Assembly: GCA_965223665.1 (NCBI GenBank)
Contig: OZ245011.1
Location: 2,016,001 to 2,080,000 of the forward strand
Origin: Nitrospinaceae bacterium
GTDB lineage: Bacteria; Nitrospinota; Nitrospinia; Nitrospinales; Nitrospinaceae
DNA length: 64,000 nucleotides
Reading direction: 5' to 3'
Shown here piece by piece: positions 1 through 9,535 of this stretch; positions within the stretch are counted from its first letter, which is position 1; every line of letters starts with the position of its first letter. Both the position numbers and the translations under genes were made by a program. The notes below the pieces were generated by a model. The model did not search any database, was not told where the DNA came from, and saw nothing but the letters and a program-made list of their open reading frames with translations.

Positions 1-1736
1 GGAATATCCGTACCATTTCTCAACTTGGAGCGTGTGAAATCACTGAACAAAGTTAAATCGACTACACCAAAACTGTTTTGAAGAACCGCGAAAATAAGAT
101 TCGCTTCATAACCAAAAATTCTGGCGTTACCCTGTTGTTGAATTGCCTCGGGGTCTCCAAGAACCAAAGCTCCTGTACGTTGTAGAAAAATGTAGTCCTT
201 CACCCAGTTATAAAATAAATCCAATTGGAAAGTTACCAGGTCGGAAATGAATTTGTAACCAAAATCGAGGTTATTGGATGATTCCTTGCGTAAATTGGGG
301 TTACCCCTTTCAAATACACGTGTGGACTCATGAAACCCTTCGAAAAACAACTCCTGCACTTGCGGCGCCCTTTCTGAATGGGTGAAGGCCAGGCTCACGG
401 TATTTTGGGCATTGATAGTCCATACTTCTGAAATCGAGGCACTAAAAGGAGTGTAAGTTTTATCTGGATTCATTGAGTCTCTTGGGTTTAACGTAGCATG
501 CTCTATTCGAAATCCAAATGCAGTCACAAAATTACCATTAACATATTCTTCCTGGGCAAAAAAGCTATAGATATTGGTTCGAGTCACAGGAACAAGAAAT
601 TCATTATCTTCAATTTCGAGCGCAGAAAACTTACTTGAAATTACCTGGAATCCAAAAACACCATTGAAACCTCCAAAAGGTTTGTGCGGTGCTTCCAGTC
701 GACCTTCAAAGGTATCGTTTTTAAATAATGCTTCGTCGCCTTCTGCGTGCTGATAGTCGGTGTAGCTCAGACGAGTCCGAATGGCTTCAAGAAAACAGAG
801 AGGATTTTTATATTCTCCTTTCATATCATATTTGGTTTGCTCCAAAAGGATACGGATCATTTCGGCACCCGCAGTACCTTCCGGTGGAACTCCGTATACA
901 TTCTCAAGAACATTTGCAGAGAACCCTATAAACCCGCTGTCTCCAACAAAAGAAGCACCCGCCGTACCGCCTTTTGTCCTGGAATTGCTGTTATCTAAAA
1001 AGCCATTTGTATTTTGAACCACGGCCAGGCCCGGTTGGCTGACCTGAGCTCTGGGAACATCAATGGCAAAGCCACCTATATCCACATTGTCATTTTCTCG
1101 ATAAAATCCATCCAAATGATAAGCAAACTTACCAAAGCCACCATCTAATTGGAGTGTGGTAGAGGTTTCATCAGAAACCGAATTATATTTTTGCTCAAAG
1201 GCGCCACCAATCAATTTATCCGGAACAAACATGGGGATCCGGTTGTCGATCACATTAACTACACCACCAATGGCTCCACTACCGTAAAGCAAAGTTGCCG
1301 GCCCACGAAGAATTTCAATCCTCTGAGCAAGTAGAGGCACGGACCCGGACGCATGGTCGGGACTGGCCTGGGAAGCATCGTTGACTCCTAAACCATTCGA
1401 TAAAACTCGAACCCGTGGACCACTCTGTCCCCGGATGACGGGTAAGCCCACACCGGGGCCGAATGATTGTCCGTGAACTCCCAGTTCCTGCTTTAAGGTT
1501 TCACCGATGGTGCCGCTTGACTTTAAGCGCAATTCTTCATCGTGCAAAACGGTAACCGGCTTTGCGGAACTGGCCATACTTTTTTGCATCGGGTCAGACA
1601 CCACAACTTCTTTAAGATGGACCGGAAGATGTTTCTTAGGACCTTGGGATGCTTTGGTTTTTTCATCAGCAAAAGCTGAAGAAGAAAAAAGAACGAGACA
1701 GACAAAGAACACGAGAATATATAAAAACCGATTCAT
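1..1736 (-). CDS. TonB-dependent receptor, ZnuD-like (partial; C-terminus runs off the window start)
   Basis: Not in the ORF track. Manual translation from the ATG at 1736 (GGAG upstream) gives a signal peptide MNRFLYILVFFVCLVLFSSSAFA, then EVVVS and plug motifs ...TIGETLKQELGVHGQSFGPGVGLPVIRGQSGPRVRVLSNG...DASQASPDHA. Lies next to a Fur/Zur gene and a CDF gene. Confidence 0.9.
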   Translation of the reverse strand, partial: MNRFLYILVFFVCLVLFSSSAFADEKTKASQGPKKHLPVHLKEVVVSDPMQKSMASSAKPVTVLHDEELRLKSSGTIGETLKQELGVHGQSFGPGVGLPVIRGQSGPRVRVLSNGLGVNDASQASPDHASGSVPLLAQRIEILRGPATLLYGSGAIGGVVNVIDNRIPMFVPDKLIGGAFEQKYNSVSDETSTTLQLDGGFGKFAYHLDGFYRENDNVDIGGFAIDVPRAQVSQPGLAVVQNTNGFLDNSNSRTKGGTAGASFVGDSGFIGFSANVLENVYGVPPEGTAGAEMIRILLEQTKYDMKGEYKNPLCFLEAIRTRLSYTDYQHAEGDEALFKNDTFEGRLEAPHKPFGGFNGVFGFQVISSKFSALEIEDNEFLVPVTRTNIYSFFAQEEYVNGNFVTAFGFRIEHATLNPRDSMNPDKTYTPFSASISEVWTINAQNTVSLAFTHSERAPQVQELFFEGFHESTRVFERGNPNLRKESSNNLDFGYKFISDLVTFQLDLFYNWVKDYIFLQRTGALVLGDPEAIQQQGNARIFGYEANLIFAVLQNSFGVVDLTLFSDFTRSKLRNGTDI

Positions 1737-1835
1737 GATTCACTCCGTTGACAGTATCCTCTTTAAATGAACAACACCCCATTGCCTCCTTAACAAAGGG
1801 ATTGCCCAAAAAGGGATAGAAAAAATAATTAATTT

Positions 1836-2156
1836 TTAAACTAAGGTGTCAACAGAATGCGGGGGCGCTCGACTAAATGCAGGAACAGACTCGGTAGTAT
1901 ATAAAACAGCGTCGGCGAGACTAATCCTGTCAGAGACTTGAGTGAATGGAGCAAGATCGGAAATATTCGCTTCAAAGTTGATACTGGATTCGAAAAAGTG
2001 AAAAGGCGCACAATCCGGGTCCAGTTGTAAATGCCCGGGATCGTGATGGTGCAGGGGTGCCCCAAACAGCATAACCAGGCTGAAACAGAACGCAATCAAC
2101 CAGGTGGTTCCCTTGGATTGCTTTGTGTGTAATTTTCTCAATTGAAAGATGTCCAC
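1836..2156 (-). CDS. DUF2946/CruR-like leader protein with a His cluster and C-terminal RAPP motif
   Basis: Hydrophobic segment, then HHHDPGH...DCAPFHF, then SRAPP near the C-terminus. Directly upstream of the TonB receptor on the same strand. Confidence 0.7.
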   Translation of the reverse strand: MDIFQLRKLHTKQSKGTTWLIAFCFSLVMLFGAPLHHHDPGHLQLDPDCAPFHFFESSINFEANISDLAPFTQVSDRISLADAVLYTTESVPAFSRAPPHSVDTLV

Positions 2157-2571
2157 AATATCCCGAAATTATTGCTTAAAAAAGATTTTATTATCATAAA
2201 AGACCAGGGAATTCAATACATTTCAAATCATACTGTTTCTCCTACCCAATCACTAACAGGAACCCCAAAACGGACCCGATTCCACTTTATAACTATTGGG
2301 AAAAATCCCCCAGCCTGATGATGAAAAATTTGAAACTCAGTAATGGAAATGGAAACGACAGATCAGTATGAACCCAAGAGTTCCGGGGATGGAAGTATTG
2401 TCGCCTGGTTGGAGGAGGCTACAAAGTTATGTTTATGATATTCCGTCCCCGGACCCTCGAACTTGAGCAGAGTTCACATTTTTTACAAACAATTCGCAAC
2501 TTCCAATGTTTTTGCAATGGAGCCTCAAAATTAAGTTTGTAAAATTTGGGTTAATATTAGCACAGTTAAAT

Positions 2572-2596
2572 TTATTTGCAAACTATTTGCAAATAA
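2572..2596. promoter_or_regulatory. Fur/Zur-type operator palindrome
   Basis: Perfect 10-5-10 inverted repeat TTATTTGCAA-actat-TTGCAAATAA between the divergent receptor operon and the Fur-family gene. Confidence 0.7.
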
Positions 2597-2734
2597 TCTG
2601 CGATTAATTTTAAGAACTTTTTGCAATATGTGGATTATGTTAAAATTCTTAATGAAAAGAGAAAACACATAATAATTGAATAATAAAAGCAATCATTCTA
2701 GTGGAAAACCGTAAATTTAAAGTTATAAATCTAT

Positions 2735-3190
2735 ATGGAATCTAATAGCCAGGCATTGGCGGAACAATTTCTTCGCCAAAATCAATTAAGCGTTACCAAA
2801 CCCAGAAAAATGATCTTGATGTATTTACTGGACGGTCACGGTCCTTTTACCATTGAAGAAATACATAAAGGTTTGGGAAAAAATGTTTGTGATTTAGCAA
2901 CGGTCTATCGCTGCCTCGGACAATTTGAAAAAGAAGGTTTGGTGGAACGTCGGTACTTAGGCGATGAAATTTTTCGGTATGAAATTAAGGATGAGTCCCA
3001 CCACCATCACCATATCGTCTGTAAAAATTGCAAGGGCGTATCTGAAATGAATTATTGCTTTATTTCTGAAATAGAGAAGATGATTCAAGACAAGGGATAT
3101 TCCGATGTGACTCATATGTTGGAGTTTTTCGGTATTTGTCCCGACTGCAAGCCCACTAAAAAAGCAAGGACCAAAAAGAGGAAATCGTGA
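2735..3190 (+). CDS. Fur-family transcriptional regulator, probably Zur
   Basis: T..R..IL, ATVYR, HHHHHIVCKNC and C-terminal CPDC; zinc-type gene context. Confidence 0.92.
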   Translation: MESNSQALAEQFLRQNQLSVTKPRKMILMYLLDGHGPFTIEEIHKGLGKNVCDLATVYRCLGQFEKEGLVERRYLGDEIFRYEIKDESHHHHHIVCKNCKGVSEMNYCFISEIEKMIQDKGYSDVTHMLEFFGICPDCKPTKKARTKKRKS

Positions 3191-3813
3191 GCCAGTGTTC
3201 TTCAGGTTGCGGTAATGACTTAGATGGTTTTTCCACCAACCACCGCAAGGTGCTTTGGTTTGTATTTTATATAAATCTGGCGATGTTCCTGGTTGAGATG
3301 GCTTACGGATGGTTAGGCAACTCCCACGCATTGTGGGCGGATTCGCTGGATATGCTTGGCGATGCTCTCATCTTTGGAGCTTCGATTTTTGTATTGAACC
3401 GGGAAGAAAAACTGAAAGCCCGTGTCGCCCTTGGGAAAGGAATCCTGATGGGAACCTTGTCCCTGGTATTTTTATTTTCCGCACTGCTTCGATTTTTAGA
3501 ACCCTCGAATCCCGACCCGGAAATCATTGGAGTGGTGGGAGCCCTGGCACTGGCGGCCAACCTCATCTGTGTTCTATGCTTGTTTAAATTCAGAAACCAG
3601 GATTTGAATATGCGATCCACCTGGTTGTGCGCGCGGAATGATATTTTGGCCAACCTCGGAGTGATCCTTGCCGCAGGAGCCATTCACCTGTTTCATTCGT
3701 TCTGGCCCGATATTTTAATAGCAACTGTGATTTGTCTTTTTATCCTGAATTCCTCCATCGCTATTATCAAAGACGCATCCAAAGAACTGTCCAGCGAAAA
3801 GCAATTTATTTAA
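3187..3813 (+). CDS. Cation diffusion facilitator (CzcD-like Co/Zn/Cd transporter lacking the cytosolic CTD)
   Basis: S.ALWADSLDMLGD, DLNMRSTWLCARND, WPD; 5-6 TM segments; 4-nt overlap with the Fur gene. Confidence 0.9.
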   Translation: MSQCSSGCGNDLDGFSTNHRKVLWFVFYINLAMFLVEMAYGWLGNSHALWADSLDMLGDALIFGASIFVLNREEKLKARVALGKGILMGTLSLVFLFSALLRFLEPSNPDPEIIGVVGALALAANLICVLCLFKFRNQDLNMRSTWLCARNDILANLGVILAAGAIHLFHSFWPDILIATVICLFILNSSIAIIKDASKELSSEKQFI

Positions 3814-3890
3814 CCAAACCCCACCGTTTGTTTTTTTCAGTCACTTTCCTTAATACATTCTCTCATTATGTAAATGGATTTTTCAGCACC

Positions 3891-4110
3891 CAAAAAGCGC
3901 ACCTCATATCCATTCCAAAACTTCAACAAATCCCTTCCAACTGACACACGAAATAAAATCGCATACATTATCAACGGGCGGGAAGCGGGAAAACGTTTCA
4001 CCCAGCCTCACCAATATCGACTTCTAACCGTTTGCATTCGGTGGCTAATTAGACGATACTGATAGGAAGCTCATCCGCTTCCGTGCTCGGGACTACGATC
4101 CGGCAATTGT
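3891..4110 (+). pseudogene. Decayed Rhs repeat-associated core fragment, copy 1
   Basis: Translates, with stops and frameshifts, as LPTDTRNKIAYIINGR...TNIDF*PFAFGG*LDDTDRKLIRFRARDYDPAI. This matches the Rhs core pattern ...DF/FQPFGFAGGLYD.DT.L.RFGARDYDP..GRW. Confidence 0.8.
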
Positions 4111-4156
4111 GATCGGTTATTATGATAGAAAAGTGAGCCAATGAAGAGGAGACAAC

Positions 4157-4498
4157 ATGTTTTACCTGCTATTTGCACTAACTTTATTATCGGGTTGTTC
4201 ATCTGCCATAAAGTGCGATCTTCCCTCCAGCGATACCCAGAAAGGTCCTCCCCCTGCTATTTCTGGACAGGTACTTAGTATTGCTGGCGAACTAAAAGAA
4301 ATAAAAGTGATATCCGGGAAGGCTACATACCCAGTTAGTCTTTCCAAAATTGAAAGAAACCATGTTTTTACTCAATTTGGGGGCATAATTCGTATGGACG
4401 AAATTCATAAAGGCGACTCTATTGAAGTTTGGTTAGAAAATTGTAGTCCACCCAAAGATAACTTAAACCAAGCTGTTGCAATTAGAGTACAAAAGTAA
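4157..4498 (+). CDS. Small lipoprotein, hypothetical (possibly OB-fold)
   Basis: GAGGAG RBS, lipobox LSGC, 113 aa. Confidence 0.75.
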   Translation: MFYLLFALTLLSGCSSAIKCDLPSSDTQKGPPPAISGQVLSIAGELKEIKVISGKATYPVSLSKIERNHVFTQFGGIIRMDEIHKGDSIEVWLENCSPPKDNLNQAVAIRVQK

Positions 4499-4521
4499 CG
4501 GTTTATTGTTGATAGGCAAAT

Positions 4522-4790
4522 CAAAATGCGCACCTCAGATGCACTCCCAAACTTCCACAAATCCCTTCCAACTGACACACAAAATAAAATCGCATACATT
4601 ATCGATGAGCGGGAAAACGTTTCACCCAGCCCCGTAAATATCGACTTCTAACTAATTGCATTTGTAGGCAAATTACACGATACTGATAGGAAGCTCATCC
4701 ATTTCGGCGCGATAGATTACGATCCTGCTATAGGACGGTGGACACAAAGATCCGATTGATTTTATAGGAGACAGCGTCAATCTTTATTAA
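4522..4790 (+). pseudogene. Decayed Rhs repeat-associated core fragment, copy 2
   Basis: Diverged direct repeat of 3891-4110. Translates LPTDTQNKIAYIIDER...DTDRKLIHFGAIDYDPAIGRWT/(frameshift)KDPIDFIGDSVNLY*. Confidence 0.85.
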
Positions 4791-4859
4791 CGAATTAATT
4801 TATTGGTTTTTTAAACAAATTTTTATAATTATTTAATTGGTCTCAAAAATTTTAAATTC

Positions 4860-5276
4860 ATGAGTGATTTTTTATATTTGTCAATTCCAACAATACCGCA
4901 GCAGAATGAAAGCATTCACTCTTTTTTTAAATCTCCCATCATTTTGGAAGATGTCACTAAAACCTCAATTGGAAAAGCAATTTTGGGAGGCAAAATAAAT
5001 GGGGAAGCATATCTAGCGTTGGTAAATGGTTATTCTACCAATATAATGGATCATGGCCATTGGAGAGAAAATTGTTCGAAGGATTTTGTTGGAGGGTTAC
5101 TTTGTCTTTTAAGTCTCTATCCATGTGTATCAGTACTTGTGCACTGGAGCGGAGGCAGAATGAATGAATGGGTAAACATTAAAGAAAGCAAAAAGATTTC
5201 CTCTACAGAATTTTCCAATCTCTTTCCCAACATTGAAGAGCATGTCAAATATCAAATCCTCCCCAACGAACCTTAA
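4860..5276 (+). CDS. Hypothetical protein (candidate orphan immunity protein)
   Basis: 138-aa AT-rich ORF directly after the Rhs relic. Confidence 0.6.
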   Translation: MSDFLYLSIPTIPQQNESIHSFFKSPIILEDVTKTSIGKAILGGKINGEAYLALVNGYSTNIMDHGHWRENCSKDFVGGLLCLLSLYPCVSVLVHWSGGRMNEWVNIKESKKISSTEFSNLFPNIEEHVKYQILPNEP

Positions 5277-5395
5277 TTTCCACCAGTGGGTTTACCAAAA
5301 CCACCGGCGGTACGCCAACGGAATTCAAGGTTGAAAACGAATCTCCCGAAACTCGCACCTCGACCACGTATATCCACGGGCAATGAGTTGACTTT

Positions 5396-5479
5396 TTATT
5401 TATTCTTTTTTCTTTTTATTAAAATCACAACGCCTATTACGATAACAAGAACCACTGCAATGGTTATGAATCCTTCCAT
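5396..5479 (-). CDS. Putative 27-aa single-pass membrane small protein
   Basis: Manual translation MEGFITIAVVLVIVIGVVILIKRKKNK*; clean TM segment plus basic tail, weak RBS. Confidence 0.4.
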   Translation of the reverse strand: MEGFITIAVVLVIVIGVVILIKRKKNK

Positions 5480-5685
5480 CTTGGCTTGACGGTCCAAGGC
5501 GACACCAGTGTTATAGAAATCATTGACTGCAAAAACCAAAGGCTCCGATTATTGATAAGCTTTTTAATAAATAGACCAATATTTTATTCTTGTCAAAAGC
5601 GGAGAGGGTTAGTGAAATCGCCTCATTTTTTTGCCAACCCATTTTTTCTTTGGTATAAATTCTCGTTAATACCCGGAGAGACACC

Positions 5686-6528
5686 ATGGAAAAAAATTCG
5701 TTTCAGGCGTTGGAGCATGCGGGTTGGCTGGCTAAAGCGAGCGAATATGATCGGCTATTCGAAACCATTACCCAACAGTCTATTGATTCCATCCTTCAAA
5801 CGTTTGGCGATTTAAAGAATAAACGTTTGCTCGATGTCGCGTGCGGGCCCGGTCAATTGGCGGGAAAGGCTCACTCCCTGGGCGCACGTAGTGAAGGCGT
5901 TGATTTCGCCTCGGCCATGGTGGACAAAGCCAGGTCTCTGTTTCCGGAGATCACTTTCACCGAGGGCAATGCCGAGCAGTTGCCTTACCCGGATTCACAG
6001 TTCGATGCCGTGGCCTGTTCTTTTGGGTTGCTGCATTTGGAACATCCGGACCTGGCAGCGCAGGAAGCGTGGCGGATGCTCACTCCCGGAGGGAACTATA
6101 CGTTCACCGTATGGCGCAGTCCGGATCAAGGCGGCGAGTTTTTTCAATTGGTAATGGACGCGATTCAAAAGCACGGTTCGCTGGAGGTTCCTCTGCCGCC
6201 CTCCCCTCCCATGTTTCGTTTTGCAGAACCGCAGGAATCAGAAAACCTTTTAAAAGAGGCAGGTTTTATCGATACGAAATCAACGGTACTCCAGCTTAAA
6301 TGGAATGCCAGACAGCCGGAAGATATTCTGGAAATGATTTATAAAAGCATTGTGCGTATGCCCATGATATTGGAAGCACAGTTGCCTCAGGATCGGGAAC
6401 GCATCAATGCAGAAATCCTGCGGGCCAGCCAGAAACACCGAAACGAAAACGGAATCCAGTTCCAATTCCCCGCACTCCTGACAACCGGCCGCAAACCAAC
6501 CCCTTCAGGCAATGGTGAATCACCCTAG
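5686..6528 (+). CDS. Class I SAM-dependent methyltransferase (UbiE-like)
   Basis: LLDVACGPG, GVDFASAMV, GNAEQLPYPDSQFDAV. Confidence 0.92.
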   Translation: MEKNSFQALEHAGWLAKASEYDRLFETITQQSIDSILQTFGDLKNKRLLDVACGPGQLAGKAHSLGARSEGVDFASAMVDKARSLFPEITFTEGNAEQLPYPDSQFDAVACSFGLLHLEHPDLAAQEAWRMLTPGGNYTFTVWRSPDQGGEFFQLVMDAIQKHGSLEVPLPPSPPMFRFAEPQESENLLKEAGFIDTKSTVLQLKWNARQPEDILEMIYKSIVRMPMILEAQLPQDRERINAEILRASQKHRNENGIQFQFPALLTTGRKPTPSGNGESP

Positions 6529-6637
6529 CCCTCTTTAGGAAAGAGGGGACACATGGGATTCCAATTTTACGTTTTTGTTTTATTTAAACTCTGATTATTT
6601 TTGAACCCTTCCTTGGTTCTGTATTCTGACTATTCAA

Positions 6638-9535
6638 TTACAAATCTTTCTTTTTGACTACGTTCAGAGAACAGGTGGTGGTACCCACATTTCCGCTGTC
6701 GTCCACTGCTTGAACCGTCCATTCGATCATATCTCCCACTCCGCCGGCATCAATGATGTCAAGAGTCGGTCCACGCAAGGCGATGTCGCATCCATCGGTT
6801 CGGTCGATCTTCCTTCCTTTTTTATCGATAGTGAAACAGTCGAAAGCCGTCACTTCCGGAACCACATCGGAGTCACAAATATCTACAGCGGTTGCCGTGA
6901 AAGATTGAACCACATTTGACGGTGCAATTTGCGCAACAGAATTACAGGAGATAATCGGTTCTGTATTATCTGCCACGATCACATCCTGTGTGTTGACCGA
7001 TGAGTTGGAACTGTCGTCCACGGCAGTCCATTGCACAGTCGTCAACCCAAGCGGAAAGGTTGCCGGTGCATTATTTGAAATGCTGACGGAGTCATCACAA
7101 ATATCCGTTGCCGTGGCCTGCCCAATATTAATCGCTTGCCCACTCGGTCCGGTACATTCGATAGGGCCCACATCTGGCGGCACAATAAGATTCGGATTGG
7201 TGGTGTCGATGACTGCCACATTCTGGTTATCGGTTTTCGTATTGCCGCTTCCATCACGCACCGTCCAGAACACATTGGTGTTTCCCAACGGAAAAAACGC
7301 CGGCGCATCGTTAGCGAATGTATCTATGGAACAGTTGTCTGCCACCGTAGGACTGCCCAATGCTACGACAGTACTACCACCGGTGGAATCGCATTCATCA
7401 GTAACGTTAGCCGGCGCGGTGATGGTTGGGTTTTCATTATCGTTCACAGTCACTACTGCCTGACAACTTCCCGTAAAACCGTCGTCATCCGTCGCGGTTA
7501 AGGTCACCTGCGTGTCTCCCAGCGAATACGGATTGTCCGGATCCTGCACCAGGGTAATGGGCCCGCCATTAGGATCGAACGAACCGTCATCCACATCCAC
7601 ATTGCTGGCCGTACAAATTCCCGGCTCGGTGTTTACGGTTTTGTCCATGCATAAGGCAATGGGTGAAGGCAACACCACCAACTCCGAGATCATCCCCAAA
7701 GACGCATGCAAAAAGAGATGACAATGGAATACCCATCGCCCCACACTACCACCGCCCGGTATAAACTGATTCGGTGATGGAGCACCCGCTTCCTGGCGGT
7801 TGTCGGTGATGATTGGCCGGTCTTCCAGACGCACACGGAACACCAAACTTTGACCCGTTTGAATATCGACAACATCTACGAATTCCTCGTAGTCAAAGGT
7901 GTACAAAGTATTGCCTGTGGCGTTATCGATTATTCTTACCGGTTGAAAAGAAAACCCATGCAAATGAAAAGGATGATGCGCGCCACCGGTATCATTTCTC
8001 ACAGTGAGTTCCAGCACATCGCCAATGCGTGCATAACGCGTTGCCCCCTGATGCGGAACCTGAGTGTAGTCCGGCCCACTGTCTTCAAATTTTCCGGGAT
8101 GCCCGTTAATGGAAAGGACTCCCGTCACTTCGCCCCGTAAAATAATTTCCGGATTGGTAATTCCCAGTTCCGGTCCGGAGTTGTCGGGCTTGGGTGGCGG
8201 ATCGCTCAGTAAATTTAAATCAGCCACGTCCAGAGTTTTCAAGTTTTCAATCTGACCGTTTCCTAAAATATCATCGCCTTCTGCGATCGTAAAAGGAGTT
8301 GCCGCGGAGCCAATAATTTTAATCCGCACAATATCATGGGCCGGACCAAAGGAAGGTTTGCTGTTGGGTCCTCCGCGATCCGCATCCAACCCGGTGATGG
8401 TGATGATATCGCCCACGTTACCGGTCGGCACGATAACCACATCCGCCCTGCCCGATGCAGGTAACCAAATATCACCCTTCTCAACTTTGGAATCCCATCC
8501 ACCAATGATTCCCCCTTCCAGGCGCGCCTTTTCCAGAAATCCACCTTCTCCACCGATGCGATAAAGATTGTTATCGCTACCATTATTTTGAACACGCAAA
8601 TGAAAATATCGATAGGTGGCGGTGTTGATTAAACGTAATCGGATTCCTTCCCCCGACCGCGCAGCGATGATGGGCGTGAAATCGGAAGGATCGTTCAGGT
8701 CGCCATAATCGGGTTGCTGACCATTGACCAAAACCCTCTCGAACTCTACCATAAACCGACAGGCTCCCTGTTGCGCTCCAATGTCTCCGGTAGCATCCGG
8801 GTCCGAGCACAAGTGCTCCCAAAGCGCCCAGGGTTGAGCAATCCCTAATGCCACGTAACCCATATTGCCTTCCTCTCCGGGAGGAAGCGGATCGATGGTG
8901 TCGAATTCGATATCGCTCAACACCAGTGTGTGAGTACTGCCTTCCTGAGGAATCGTTCCTGCATTTTGAAGTGCCGCTTCATTGGGATCGCGCACGATAA
9001 AGGCACCATACATACCCGCAGCCGTTTGCGGTCCGGGTTTCATATGCGGATGAAACCAAAACAAACCGGGACGCGGCGCAATGAATCGATAAGTATACGA
9101 CTGGCCGGGGGTCAGATGATTTTGCGTAACGCCTGTGCCATCACTGTCGTTATCCACTTCCACCCCGTGCCAATGGATGCTGGTATCGCAGGCCATAACG
9201 GCACAGTCCGGTTCAAGGTTGTTGGTCAGGGTAACAATGACTTCGTCACCGACGTTCACGACGAATTGCGGAACGGGAAGACCCTCGGGAGTACCGGAGT
9301 AGGCACCGGTGGTGTTATTCAGATCTTTATAGATTAAGGCATGCGCGACGTGGCCGCCGATCATGACGGTCTGTTCATCGGCACTAAGTTCGGCTTCGAA
9401 AATATTTGGGTCCGGGTTGATGTCTCGGACATTCACAACCGATTTAGTAATCGTCGATGCCCATGCCGAGTGGAATCCTAAAACCAAAACAACTACGGCA
9501 AATAAAGTTAGACCCAATCCTTCACGTATATTCAT
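6638..9535 (-). CDS. Secreted multicopper oxidase with C-terminal HYR/Ig-like repeats
   Basis: Signal peptide; copper motifs HWHG, WFHPH, HHPFHLHG and HCHLFLHASLGM; HYR-type repeats (FPLG.T.V.WT..D.SGN). Confidence 0.92.
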   Translation of the reverse strand: MNIREGLGLTLFAVVVLVLGFHSAWASTITKSVVNVRDINPDPNIFEAELSADEQTVMIGGHVAHALIYKDLNNTTGAYSGTPEGLPVPQFVVNVGDEVIVTLTNNLEPDCAVMACDTSIHWHGVEVDNDSDGTGVTQNHLTPGQSYTYRFIAPRPGLFWFHPHMKPGPQTAAGMYGAFIVRDPNEAALQNAGTIPQEGSTHTLVLSDIEFDTIDPLPPGEEGNMGYVALGIAQPWALWEHLCSDPDATGDIGAQQGACRFMVEFERVLVNGQQPDYGDLNDPSDFTPIIAARSGEGIRLRLINTATYRYFHLRVQNNGSDNNLYRIGGEGGFLEKARLEGGIIGGWDSKVEKGDIWLPASGRADVVIVPTGNVGDIITITGLDADRGGPNSKPSFGPAHDIVRIKIIGSAATPFTIAEGDDILGNGQIENLKTLDVADLNLLSDPPPKPDNSGPELGITNPEIILRGEVTGVLSINGHPGKFEDSGPDYTQVPHQGATRYARIGDVLELTVRNDTGGAHHPFHLHGFSFQPVRIIDNATGNTLYTFDYEEFVDVVDIQTGQSLVFRVRLEDRPIITDNRQEAGAPSPNQFIPGGGSVGRWVFHCHLFLHASLGMISELVVLPSPIALCMDKTVNTEPGICTASNVDVDDGSFDPNGGPITLVQDPDNPYSLGDTQVTLTATDDDGFTGSCQAVVTVNDNENPTITAPANVTDECDSTGGSTVVALGSPTVADNCSIDTFANDAPAFFPLGNTNVFWTVRDGSGNTKTDNQNVAVIDTTNPNLIVPPDVGPIECTGPSGQAINIGQATATDICDDSVSISNNAPATFPLGLTTVQWTAVDDSSNSSVNTQDVIVADNTEPIISCNSVAQIAPSNVVQSFTATAVDICDSDVVPEVTAFDCFTIDKKGRKIDRTDGCDIALRGPTLDIIDAGGVGDMIEWTVQAVDDSGNVGTTTCSLNVVKKKDL

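Noticed and set aside
728-1770. Short + strand ORFs in the ORF track
   Set aside because: They are antisense shadows of the TonB-dependent receptor. The same applies to most short ORFs overlapping long genes elsewhere in the window.
2340-2520. 6S RNA or a known riboswitch
   Set aside because: A hairpin is present, but I cannot match the conserved 6S, cobalamin or other riboswitch motifs. Kept only as an unassigned structure.
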